DNA from: the human T2T-CHM13v2.0 reference genome, Homo sapiens
NCBI RefSeq assembly: GCF_009914755.1
Contig: NC_060938.1
Length of the DNA stretch: 64,000 bases
Strand: one strand, 5' to 3'
Shown here: one piece after another, positions 42,315-55,187 of the stretch
Layout of the letters: each line of letters begins with the position of its first letter
Position numbering within the stretch: position 1 is the first letter of the stretch
Position numbers and translations under genes: made by a program
Notes under the pieces: generated by a model
Seen by the model: only the letters and a program-made list of their open reading frames with translations
The model's database searches: none
Told to the model about the DNA's origin: nothing

Positions 42315-42862
42315 TGATCAGGAAGAATAAGGCACATGGACACCGGAGACTGAGGAAGGCAGAATAGGATTTTTTAAGTTACAGAAAAAGCTCTCAGCAG
42401 AGAGGGGACCCAAAAGAGGGTTGCCAGGTACGGGGCTAAGTTCTGGGGTTTTTTGGACTGGGAAGGAAGAGACGTGCACTGACTAGTCTGGGAGCCGTTT
42501 TGGAAAAAGCATCATTCAGAAAGAGATATGATACTGCAACGAACCAACTGGAGGCAGAAGTGACAAGTGACGTCTTGGCCGGCAACCATTCAGGGGCTGG
42601 AGTGACATTTCAGACTATGGAAATGAAGACTCAGCCCATGACCAATCACACAAAGATAGGTATATGTGAAATAGGTGAAAGGTAAGGACTAAATGGGAGG
42701 AAGACTGCCAAACATGAGTGGTAGTCCTCACTCTGGTCCATGGATTCTATCCAGAACTGGCCCCTAAGTTTTCAGGCTTTAGACTGTTCTTGGCTTGAAG
42801 GTCGACTTACAGGGGGCATCCATCCCTTCCTGCATAGGAATTCACCTGCCCTGCTACTATCA
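42315..42862 (-). mobile_element. MER50-family ERV1 LTR, 3' end missing
   Basis: Reverse complement starts 'tgatagtagcagggcagg...ccttcaagccaagaacagtctaaagcctgaaaa...ctttcacctatttcacatatacctatc'. Confidence 0.75.
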
Positions 42863-44070
42863 CTATAATTTCTGTATCAACTCAAATGTTTCATTTCTCT
42901 TGAGCAAATACCTAGGAGTGAAATCTCAGGTTTATATAGTAAGTGTATGTTTAACATTTTATGAAATGTCAAACTGTTTTTCACAAAAATTGTGCAAATT
43001 TACTTCCCACAGCAATATATAGTATTCCCTTTGCCTCACATCCTTGCCAACATGGATAATGTCAGTTCTTTTAATGTTTGCTATACTAGTGTCTGTGTGC
43101 TAGTATCTCATTTTGGTTTTAGTCATTTACCAGATGACTGGTCAAGTATAGTGCCTTTTACTGTGTGTATTAGCCATTCATATACCTTCTTTTGGTAAGT
43201 GTCTGTTCAAATTATTTGCCTATTCTAAAATTAAATTAATTGTCTTCTTGAGTTATGAGTTTTTTCTGTATTCTGGAAAAAATTCTTATGTCAGTTACAT
43301 TGCTATTTTTTCCCAGTCAGTTGCTGATATCTAACATACTTCATTATTTATTTCAAAGTACAAAAGTTTAAATTTGATAAAGTCCAAGTAATCAACATTT
43401 TAATGGTCTTTTTAGGTTTATTTAAGAAATCATTGGCTAATCTTATGTCGCAAAGATTTTCTTTTGTGTTTTATTTCAGAGTTTTAATAAGTTTTTTTAA
43501 TTAAAATCTATTACATATTTTGAATTACTTTAATGTACGGTGTGAGGTAAGAGTTGAGATTTATTTTATGTTTTTGCCTGCCTACATATCGTTATTTCAG
43601 CACCATTTGTTAAAAGGTTTATCTTATCATTATCTTTCATTATAAGATCATTAGAATTATCTTATTTAAATATTTAAAATGCTAATCTTATATTTAATTA
43701 TCAGTTGAATCAAATTGTAACTTTGCTAGGAATTATTTTAATAATATAAATGTGGCTATATTTTAGGGAATTCCCTTATATTTTATTGATGTATATGTTT
43801 TTCTTTTTGGCAGTATCACAACATTATTAATTATTCAGGTCTTAAAACAGGGAATAGTAAGAGCTTCAACCTTGCTCTTCCTTTTCAGTATTGTTTTGAC
43901 TAAGCAAGATTTAAAACTTTTCAAATAAATTATAAAATAGGCTGTGCTTTTTGTTTCTAAAATGCTTGCTCAGGTTTATTGTCATTGCACTGAATGTATT
44001 AACCAATTTGAGAACTCTGGGAATGACTGCCATGCCATGCTAAATTATTGAATCTTAAATTTATGAAAAT
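42863..44070 (-). mobile_element. L1MB/L1ME-type fragment
   Basis: 'ttcatttctcttgagcaaatacctaggagtg...acttcccacagcaatat...gtgtctgttcaaatt...cagcaccatttgttaaaa'. Confidence 0.85.
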
Positions 44071-44077
44071 GCTATAC

Positions 44078-44330
44078 TAAAATCATGTTATTGTATCATT
44101 TCATTCATATGGAGTACAAGAAAAAGCAAAACTAAACCACAGTAATAGAAATTATAAATGGTTGTTGATGAGGCAGGGAAATTGTTTAAAAATTGCACCA
44201 GGGAATTTTCTGGGAGAATGGGTACATTTTACATATTGTTTGGATAGTATTATGGAGGTGTATATAATTGTCAAAACTCATTCAGCTGAATAACTCGAAT
44301 ATGTATTTTAAAATGTTTTTCTAAAATATT
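44078..44330 (+). mobile_element. L1ME-type 3' end
   Basis: 'aagcaaaactaaaccacagtaatagaaatt...gggaattttctgggagaatg...aattgtcaaaactcatt'. Confidence 0.7.
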
Positions 44331-46636
44331 ATCAAATATTTTAAAATTATACAGCTACTTATGCTAATGTCAATATGTAGATTTCATACCGTTGATACTT
44401 CCTGGCTGCCCAGAAGTAAAACCTCAATCATGTTGCAATATTATTTTAATATCATGCATAATTCAAGGTTATCCTCATCTTACCTATATCATTTGGTGAA
44501 ATAGATATATTGCCCTGGACTATCTATGAGAAGAAGTAGTAATAGACAGTTTTTAGAATAATCTCAAATATTTAAATAATAGTTTAAACATAGCATATGC
44601 TAAAGAATATATAGTTCTTAAAAGTTTCAACTCAGCATAAAACCCTCCTCAATGATATCTTTTGTAATGGTACTTCTGATATCTGTAAAAAATAATATAT
44701 ACTATGAAAGATATATTTTCTCTACTTTGAGTAAGTGAAAATGAAATGTTTAGAACCATTATTAGAAAGTACATTATGTTCAGATATTGAAGAAAACTAG
44801 ATGAGTTTAGATAGAGCAAAGAGTAACACAAAAAAAGTTAGAGAAAATAAAGAGATCATCTATGCTTATTTTGCTTATTATGATTAGTTTCTAATATTAA
44901 GAAATATTGTATACCAAAATCCATTTAAGAAATTGAGTTAAGAAATATTTAAATATGACTGCATGAATTTGATATATTGACAAAATGGCCTCTATACTAC
45001 AATAACTACTTATCTACTCTTTATATGAAGAAACAAATATTTATTCTTTCTTTCTGTTGACTCAGTCAACGCTCTGAAATCTTATGATTATGACTTTAAG
45101 AACCATTAGCCAGGCTGTCTTATGAATTTTATTTTTTGTTTTTCACCAGAATTATTACAAAGTGGAGCCATTGTATGTGGCAGAGCATTTTTTAAAATTG
45201 TAAATACTAGCGTTTCAGTTCATCCTAAGTTATCAAACTTTATGTTTTATTAGGAAACATCACCTATTTAAAGTAATTGCCACATGGAAAGTAATACCTC
45301 TACCTTATCCCCATGTTTCAGTCCACACACAGGATGAATTTTTAACAAGAAACGATAGCAGATGAGAGATAGTAATAAAAACAGAACATGGGGAGCTGGA
45401 AAAGACAAATGAGACTTGTGATTCATCAGAGCATGAACAGTGGAAACCATGGTATCTAGAGGAGAAACCTCAAAACAAACAGAACAATGATTGGGATAAT
45501 CATGCCTTCCAAAAAACTCGTCAGGCTGATTCTGTGCTGAAGGAACATTTAATCATTAATAGAGCAGTCTACCAAGACTTTTATGATGGGATATCCTTCA
45601 ACAAGTTCTCCTAACGAGTGATGCTACACATCCTAAAGTCTTAAAATATCATGAGTCATCAGCATTTAAATATTAATAATTTCATTGTTCAGTTATTCAA
45701 TTTTCCAAAAGATAAACAGATATAAAAATGATAAAATCAACATTTTTTCACATTTGAAATATTTTAAACTAAGATTTAGATATTTTTAAATAATAAATAA
45801 CAAGAATCTGAAATATTTTACCTTGGTGCTTGATATCTCACTTAAGTATATTGTTGAAGAGGATTTGTTTCAGTATCTGTAAGTCTTTTTTACTCTCTCT
45901 CAACAATGTTAAGATCCATAATCATTTAATTAATTTATTTTACTATTTTAATACTTGGTGAAATGTTTCATAATTATCATAGATTATTCATTTTAATTCT
46001 AATATTCAGATATTTATTGTGAAAATATTACATATTATGTAACTACCACCTTAAATACAAAGCATATCAAATTGCTTAGTAGTAAAAAGAGATTGAGAAA
46101 CATCAAATAAAAATAACATACTCTGTTTGAGAGACAGTCATCAAGAAACATCTGCCTCTCCTAAATATAATTAAGTAATCAGCTAAGATGGGCCATGTGT
46201 TATTAAGTAACTCTTCTTTAGCATATTTGCATTAGGTCGCTAATCACTTGTGAAGCACTAGTTTCCATGAAGTGTGACATGGCATATATTAGGGAAAATT
46301 GTTCTTAGATGTTTTTTAAAAATGTTTAAGATTTTATGTTTTTTAAATGCATTTTAAGAAGCACATTGTAAAATCAGGAAAATATTGAAAATAGGTGCAA
46401 CATGCTTTCTAAGTTCCCGATGCCTGTATTTACATTTCCTTTTATATTCCTTTATTAGACTCCACAAAATAACCCTCTCAGTGAAGGTCCCAATATGTAG
46501 CTTGATTTACTTTCTCTTCTTTCCTGGTTTTCATTTTCTCTACCTTTTTCTTCTTTTCTCCCCCCGGCCCAAAATTCCTATTGAACCACACCAATTATGG
46601 TATTAATTATAATACAATAATTCACTCAAAAAATAA

Positions 46637-46840
<204 letters not shown>

Positions 46841-47334
46841 CTAAAATAAGACTTCTAATTTTTTCTTTGTTATCTAAAATAAAAATGAAACAATGTTTCA
46901 GTCTGCTAAATGTATGCCTTGAAACTTCTTTATTATCCATGCACAAATTTTAACCTACAAGTGTTTGAAAGTCATTTGCCTTGACCCACCTACAGCTGTG
47001 GGTCAGGTACAAGTCTTAACCATTTCATACCTAAAATGGTTTCCTAGTCACGAATATGTCATTCTCTATCTCCCACCACTCTCCTCTTAGAAAAACACCA
47101 TTTATTGTCAAGTTTCCCACAACATTTATCTAGTATATAAAATACCTTATGTGGAATAGATTAAAACATGTGGAGTACACCAAACACATTTTTGCTAATC
47201 CCCCCAAACTTATGATATACAATATATAATTAATACAAAAATAAATGTGAAATAGTGTTAGAATAAAATAATGATAAGCAGAAATAAATTGTGAGACATT
47301 TATAGAAAATGCAAAGCATGTGGGATCATGTTAA

Positions 47335-47407
47335 TGAAACCAGCCCAATCGTCCCATACAATAGATGTTTACATTTATATGGAATAAACATAGAAATTGA
47401 GCATACT
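47335..47407 (+). mobile_element. 5' stub of an ERV1-class LTR
   Basis: 'tgaaaccagcccaatcgtcccata...aataaacatagaaattga' resembles a MER4-group LTR start as I recall it; cut by the Alu. Confidence 0.55.
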
Positions 47408-47626
47408 GGCCAGGTGCAGCGACTCATGACTGTAATCCCAGCATTTTGGGAGGCTGAGGTGGGCAGATCATGAGGTCAAGTAATCAAGACCATCCTGGCC
47501 AACATGGTGAAAACCAGTCTCTACTAAAAATACAAAAATTAGCTGGGCATGGTGGCATGCACCTGTAGTCCCAGCTACTTGGCAGGCTGAGGCAGGAGAA
47601 TCGCTTGAACCCAGGAGGTGGAGGTT
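47408..47626 (+). mobile_element. AluS (Sc/Sg-like), 3'-truncated and fused to a THE1D LTR
   Basis: Alu from 'ggccaggtgcag' to 'ggaggtggaggtt'; no tail. Confidence 0.95.
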
Positions 47627-49927
47627 TAATGGACTCACAGTTCCTCATGACTGGGGAGGCCTCACAATCAAGGTGAAGCAAGAGCAAAGTCACATCTTAT
47701 AAGGTGGCAGGCAACAGAGCATGTTCAAGGGAACTCCCTTTGTAAAATCATTAGATTTCATGAGATTTATTCACTAACATGAAAGGAGCATGAGAAAATC
47801 CTGTTCCCATAATTCAATTACCTCCCACCAAGCTTCTCCCATGACATGTGGGGATTATTACAATTCACGGTAAGATTTGGGTGGGGACACAGCCAAACCA
47901 TATCATTTCACCCCTAGCCTTTCCCAAATCTCATATACTCACATTTCAAAACCAATTATGCCTTCCCAATAGTTCCCCAAAGTCTTGACTCATTTCAGCA
48001 TAAACTCAAAAGTCTATAGTCCACAGCCTCATCAGAGACAAGGCAAGTCCCTTCCACTTATGAGCCTGTAAAATCAAAAGCAAATTAATTATTTCCTAGA
48101 TACAATGTGGATACAGGCATTGGGTAAATACACACATTGCAAATGGGAGAAATTGGCCAAAACAAAGGGGCTAGAGGCCCCACGCAAGTCCGAAATCCAG
48201 TCAACAGCCAAATCTTAAAGCTCTGAAACTATCTCCTTACACTCCATGTCTCGCATCCAGGCCATGCTGATGCAAAAGGTGGGTTTCCACAGTCTTGGGA
48301 AGCTCTGTCCCTGTTGCTTTGCAGGGTGCAGCCTCCCTCACAGCTGCTTTCAGGGGTTAGCATTGAGTGTCTGCAGCTTTTCTAGGCATACCATGCAAGC
48401 TATCAGTGGATTTACCATTCTGGGGTCTGGAATATGGTGGCCCTCTTCTCACAGCTCCAGGAGGCAGTGCCCCGCTGGGGACTCTTGGTGGTGGTTACAA
48501 CCCCAAATTTCCCTTCTGCACTTCCCTAGCAGAGGTTCTCCATGAGGGCCCCACCCCTATAGCAAATGTCTGCCTGGACATCCAGGCATTTCCATACATC
48601 CTCTGAAATCTAGGCAGAGGTTCCCAAACCTCAATTCTTGACTTCTGTACACCTGCAGGCTTAGCATCACATGGAAGTTTCCAATGCTTGGGGCTTGGGA
48701 AACCACAGCCCAACCAGTACCTTGGCCCCTTTTAGCCATGGCTGGGGAGTGGCTGGGATGTAGGGCACCAAGTCCCTAGGCTGCACACAGCAGGGGCGAC
48801 CTGGGCCAGGCCCACACAACCATTACTTCCTCCTAGGCCTCCAGGCCTGTGATGAGAGGAGGTGCCTTGTAGGACTGACATGCCCTGGAGAAATTTTCCC
48901 CATTATCTTGTTGATTAACATTTGGTTCCTCTTCTTATGCAAATTTCTGCTGCCAGCTTGAATTTCTCCTCAGAAAATGAGTTTTTCTTTTCTACTGCAT
49001 CATCAGGCTGCAAATTTCCCAAACTTCTATGCTCTGCTTCCCTTTTAAACATAAGTTCCTATCTCAAACTATATCTTTGTGAATATGTAAACCTGAATGC
49101 TTTTCATAGCATGCAAGTCAGATGTTGAATGCTTTGCTGCTTAGGAATTTCTCCTGCCAGATGCCCTAAATTATCTCTCTCAAGCTAAAAGTCTGGCAAA
49201 TCTCTAGGGAAGGGGCAAAATGCCACTGGTCTCTTTGCTAAAGCATAACAAGAGTCACCACTCCTCCAGTTCTCAAAAAGTTCTTCTCCATCTGAGGTCA
49301 CCTCAACCTGTACTTTATTTTCCATATCACTATCAGCATTTTGGTCAAATTCATTCAACAAGTCTCCAGGAAGTTCCAAATTTTCCCACACCTTCCTGTC
49401 TTCTGAGCTCTCCAAATCTCTTGGAAGTTCCAAACTTTCCCACACGTTCTGTCTTCTGAGCCCTCCAAACTGTTCCCACCTCTCCTTGTTACCCAGCTCC
49501 AAAGTTGCTTCCACATTTTCAGGTATCTTTACAAAAGTACCCCACTCAACAAGTACCAATTTACTGTATTAGTCTGTTCTCATGCTGCAAATAAAGACAT
49601 ACCTGAAACTGGGTCATTTATTAAAAAAAAAAGAGGTTTAATGGACTCACAGTTCCACCTGGCTAGGGAGGCTTCACAATCATGGCAAAATTCGAAGAAA
49701 GAGTAGAGGCACATCTTACATGGTGGCAGGCAAGAAGGCATCTACAGAGAAACTCCCCTTTATCAAACCATCAGATCTCATGAGACTTATTCACTATCAT
49801 GAGAACAGCACAGGAAAAGCCTCCTCCCATGACTCAATTACCTCTCAGCAGGTCCCTTCCAAAATACATGGAGACTATTACAATTCAAGCGGAGATTTGG
49901 GTGGGGACACAGAGCTAACCCATATCA
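47621..49927 (-). mobile_element. THE1D provirus (ERVL-MaLR): clipped 3' LTR 47621-47905, internal 47906-49564, 5' LTR 49565-49927
   Basis: Both LTRs end 'gatttgggtggggacacag...catatca' on +; 'tgtattagtctgttctcatgctgc' at 49565; internal region homologous in antisense to 2196-3762. Confidence 0.93.
49363..49469. repeat. Two-copy ~54-bp tandem duplication in the THE1D internal region
   Basis: 'tctc..ggaagttccaaa.tttcccacac.tt..tgtcttctgagc.ctccaaa' at 49363 and 49417. Confidence 0.9.
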
Positions 49928-50324
49928 ATGAAGGAATGAATATAATGTAAATGGGAGTAATAAGAATGTTTTGTATATTTATTGTGGTAATAATTTCACA
50001 AATCAATACATCTATAGAAGAACTTCATTTGTACTCTTTAAATGGGTACAGTTTATTCTACCTCAATAAAGTTGTTTTAAAACATCTAATGCTTATAAGA
50101 TCCCTAATAAAGTGATCAATGTAGAAATGGAGAAAACATGCATATAAATTTTTTTTCTATTATTTCTCTGACACACTGAAGTATCCTGAGTGAGGATAGA
50201 GATACATACATACATAAACACAGACACATGCATACACACACACATATACACAAGCATATACATGTGTCTGAGTCAGTTCTCATTTATAAATGTTGTACTC
50301 ATATAACAATTAATAATGTCCTCT

Positions 50325-51545
50325 TTTCATTGCTGGAAGCAATGAAACCCAGTGGTAATGATCATACTTTGCATCAAGGTCATAGTTTCTAATGCAGTTC
50401 TCCAACAGAGGATACTCCTTGGAGAAAGGGTTGAGTCTGACTGTGGAAGGAAAACTACAAAATGGGCCTAGAGCTTCTCATAGTGGCACAGGATAATACA
50501 GAGCTCAAAACACATACACACAGACAGACACACTGAGGGTGATATATCAAAAGGATAAAAGAGCCTAATGAAAAAGCTCCTGATAACCAACACTGTAAGA
50601 ATTTGAGGAATAAAATAAAGTAGTATTAAATTCTAATTTAAAATATAAATAAATATCCATGAGTTCATACTGATATATATACCAATATAAATAATCTACA
50701 TAATCTCTTTATATATATCTATACAATCTATATATAATAGATTATATATATAATGTATATGAGTATCTATATATAATCTATATATAATAGATTTATGAAG
50801 TAAATAAATGGGTGAGAACAGATAAATCTTTCATGCATAAGTTTTCCAAAAAATACATGTACATAATTTACCCTAAAGGGAATAGATCATAACCTCTCAC
50901 AACTTAAGTGTGGATTTTAGTTAGTGTTTTTTTTTCCAAAAGCACAGAATGAAAAGGGAGGTGGAGGGTAACTTTACATTGAAAAAATTTCACAAACACT
51001 TTAGCCAGGTAACCAAGGTCAATGTCAACAGCGATAAGTCTAGTTAATGGTATATTCTTTTGATTTAATGGTTTATACTTACTTCTGTGGACTTTCACTC
51101 AAAAACCAATAACACCATTCCAATTATGATGAAGATATTGGGAAAAAATTCAAATAGAAAATTCCCATAAAAAGTATCTACCCAGAATCCCTCAAAACCT
51201 TCAAGGTAAGTCAGTCTAAGGACTATCAAGGAAAATCTGAGAACTGGCATAGATAAAACAAGCCTAAGGAAACATGACAGCTAAATGTAATGTGCTATCC
51301 TGGATGGATTTCTGAAGCAGAAAGAAAGAATAAATGATAAAAACTAAGTCAATATGAATAAAGTAGGAACTTTAGTTAATAATAATATATTAACATTTGT
51401 TTCTTAATTCAAAAAATTATGCATAATAATTTAAGTTGTTATTAATGAGGGTAAATAAGTGCAGGGTATATGAGAACTCTCTTTAATAAGTTTACACTTT
51501 TTCAGTAATCCTGCACCTGTTGGAAAAATAATATTCATTGAAGAA
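50325..51545 (+). mobile_element. L1MC3/4-type 3' region
   Basis: 'gatactccttggagaaaggg...aaatatccatgagttcatactgatat...catgacagctaaatgtaatgtgctatcctggatgg'. Confidence 0.8.
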
Positions 51546-51799
51546 AAATGTTTGAAATATTTATTTATGATCAGTAAAACATAAGGTTTATTGTTATCAC
51601 GTTTCTAACTATTATTATTTCAGAAGACTTAGGTAACATAATTAGACAAAAATAAAATGCAAATATACAACATCTTAAATGTGAAAACTGCACTGAAATC
51701 TGCACTGTCAATATATGCACCATACCCTGATTGCTAAAATATAAAACAAATTTATTTTGTAACCATTTGAAATATTTAATATATTTAACAAGATCAAGG

Positions 51800-52720
51800 T
51801 AATAAAATGTCAACCTGTAAAACAGAATAAAATATTCCCAAATCATATATCTGATAAAGAATTAATATCCATAATATATAAAAAACTATGACTCAATAAC
51901 AGGAAAACAAACAATACAATTTTAAAAATGGGTAAAGTAACTGAATACACATTTCTCCATAAGAAGATATATCAAGGCCACAAGCATATTAAAACATGCT
52001 CAACATTATTAATCACTAGGAAAATGGAAATCAAAATCATAATGACATACTTCCTACCCATTATGATGACTAATATCCAAGCAAAACAAAACACAATAAA
52101 ACAGAAAATAAGTATTGAAAAGGACATAGAAAAATTAGAACTCTAAATAGTTCAGCTGTTAAGGAAAACAGTACGGAGGAACCTTAAAAAATTAAATATA
52201 GAAGTACCATATGATTTCTCAATTATACTTCTGGATATATACACAAAAGAATTTTAAGCAGGGTCTTGAGGAAATATTTGTACATCCACATTCATAGCAA
52301 AATTATTTATGCTATGCTAAAAGTGGAAGCAAGCTAAGTGTCTATCAATGGACAAATAGATAAAATGTGGTATATACACACAATGGAATATGATTCAGCC
52401 TTAAAAATAAAGAAAATTCTAACTCATGATACATTATGGATGAATCTGGAGGAGGATATTATCCTACATCAAATAAGCCAGTCCCCCAAAGACAAATACT
52501 ATATGATTCCACTTGTATGAGTTACCTAGAGTAGAGATATTCATAGAAACCAAAAAAGAATGGTGGTTGCTGGGGGTAAGGGAGAGGCAGTAGGGGGAAT
52601 TTTTTATTGGGTATAAAGTTGCAGTCTGTCAAAATGAAAAGAATTCTGGAGATTAGTTGTACAACCATATGATTGCATTTTAAATAGTGAAATATACCAA
52701 TAACAAAAATGTTTAATATT
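51800..52720 (+). mobile_element. L1MB-type 3' region
   Basis: 'atatctgataaagaattaatatcc...gggtcttgaggaaatatttgtacatcc...aagacaaatactatatgattccactt'; ORF 52338-52520 is the ORF2 C-terminus. Confidence 0.88.
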
Positions 52721-52759
52721 GCCCATCCATTATGTTAAAAAATTGAAATATGTAAAAGA

Positions 52760-53100
52760 ACACCCACATATATGAAGGAGTATATTCAATATAGATTAAT
52801 CTTGGAAATTTTATTTTCTATGAAATATGACATTTTAAAATACTACATACTGTGATACAGTTTCTCCAAAATTGATAAACAAATACACATCAATGGCTTG
52901 TTGTTTAGAAATACATGCAGTAAAACATTTTTTTCAAAAGCAATGGTAAACACAGAATTCCAGCTGGTGTTTATCTCTGACTTAGAGGAAGAGAAGATGA
53001 GCAAGTGAAAGATAACAGGAATATATGCAAAGCAATAGCAATGTTCTACATTTTAAGATAGGTTATGGGTTCACAGGTATACATGTCAAAGGAGCTTTTT
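52760..53100 (+). mobile_element. L1ME-type 3' remnant
   Basis: 'gcaatggtaaacacagaattcc...aatgttctacattttaagataggttatgggttcacaggtat'. Confidence 0.5.
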
Positions 53101-54852
53101 TAAAAATATATAAAAGAAAACTGAACAAATTTATCAAAGATGTATACTTTGTAGCAACCACTTTTAAATTTTCCACAGAAAAATTCACTTCAAGATTTCA
53201 TATAGTTTGGCTTCAAGAAGAAATTCTGTATTTGCTATTCTTTAGAAAGAAAATCTGACGTGCAAGTTAACTCAGAGGGGAAAAAATGACATACAATCTC
53301 TTATTCCTGTGACTCTTTGGATATATTATTATGCAGTTACAAACATATCATGCATGCAGGTTCGTTTACTTCTCCATTTTATCAGCTTATCACAAGGCGG
53401 AATCAGCCTATTTGAGGACCTGCTTCAGCTGATTTTATTAGCAACTGCTTAAATACCATCTTTCTTTGTGCATGACCAGCCAGGAGGTAGTGTATCAAAT
53501 TTTACTTCACTGTTATTACTATAGTTGCATTCTGGATTTTTATGCTCTCATACATCATATTGATTATGACCATTTAATGTAAATTTGATCTAGAAGTTAA
53601 AATAACTCTAATAAATTAGAGTATATATAGAGAGAACACCTTAAAACATGGGTCAGCTGATGCAGTAAAATACCCTGATAAGATCATTTTAAATTTGGCC
53701 TTTAGGATTCAAAAAAGGCAGTTAAGTTAAATAACAAATTTATTCAGCTTTAATGAATATTTGATTGGCTTTCATAGATAATTGCCCTCTATCAGGGTCA
53801 TAGCATTAACATGAAAATTAGTCATTATCTTCTCAGTGAGAATTGGAAAGAAATTTCTATTAAAGTTTTTGAAGGAGATTCTCAATGAAGTAACTTTGCA
53901 TACTGTTGACATTGTATCATGATTTAAAAATGTCTCTTCAAATCTGCTTTATATACTGATTTTAAATCACATTTTTATGTTAATTGTAAATCGTTTCAAA
54001 TGCATAAGAATAACATGGGTTTTTTTATCAATAGATGCTATGACTTTTCTGTTGGCATGTCTATTATAGTTACTTGTTCCAAATTAGCAATTCTTCTCCC
54101 TTTTTTCTTGTGCATCAATAAAATATTTTGGGGAAAGTAATTTAAGTATTAACTAAGTCTACACTGAGAAGGTAATTTTTTTCTTAAAAAAATAAGTGGA
54201 CAATATATACAAATAGATATAGATGAACATAAGAAATTAGCTGTTGCTCTTGATCTAATTCAAGGTTATGAAAATCACATGTGATACTTATCTCACCAGT
54301 ATAATTAATATGCCTGAGTTCCACATCAAATTCTGGCAGAAAATTTCCAACTGAGGCAAAGAAGATGGGGGGGGGTGGTGTTGAGGGAATCCTTCATCTA
54401 TAGTATATTTGTTGTAATACTCTTTGAGTAAATTAGTTGTACATTATAGGAATAGAATGGTAGAAAACTGTCTAGGGAATTTCAGCATAAGAATTAAATT
54501 ATGGCATGTCTACATGAAATTGCTAGAGAAATACTTCAGTGCCACAACAACAACAACAAAAGTATGAAATGTCAACTTCGAAAGCTAGTAGCTGATGGTA
54601 GTTTAAAAACTGTTACAACAGGTACAACAGAGACGAGAGATACAAATTTATCTCTCTGAGGTTAAAAAGTATAGTCTGCAGAATGGACAAGAAAGAGATA
54701 AAATAATCTGATTGCTATTAAAACTACAGTCTGCGGAGATAAAAGTAGAATTATTACAGCAGGCATAGAGTAGCACTCAGTAACATCAAATGCATGAATG
54801 CAAATCATGATTGTAATAATACTTTTTACTTTTGTATCACTGTAGGATTATA

Positions 54853-55187
54853 GAGATCATGTCCTTTGTAGGGACATGGATGAAGCTGGAGGCCATTATC
54901 CTTAGCAAATTAACACAGGAACAGAAAACCAAATATCGCATGTTCTTACTTATTAGTGGGAGCTAAATGATGAGAATGCATGGACACATAGAAGGGAAAA
55001 ACACATACTGGGGCCTATCAGAGGGTGGAAGGAGGAAGGAGGGAAAGGATAAGAAAAAATAACTAAGGGGTACTAGACTTAACACCTGTGTGATGAAATA
55101 ATCTGCACAACAAATCCCCATGACACAAGTTTACCTACACAAGAAAACTGCACAGGTACCACCTAACTTAAAAGTTAAAAAAAAAAA
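54853..55187 (+). mobile_element. 5'-truncated L1PA15/16-like 3' end
   Basis: 'gagatcatgtcctttgtagggacatggatgaagctggaggccattatc...gatgaaataatctgcacaacaaatccccatgacacaagtttacc' plus poly(A). Confidence 0.92.

Noticed and set aside
43620-43700. Imperfect AT-rich palindrome (tataagat...atcttata around TTTAAATATTTAAA); similar at 1388-1437 and 50710-50795
   Set aside because: Short, very AT-rich arms that are expected by chance or slippage
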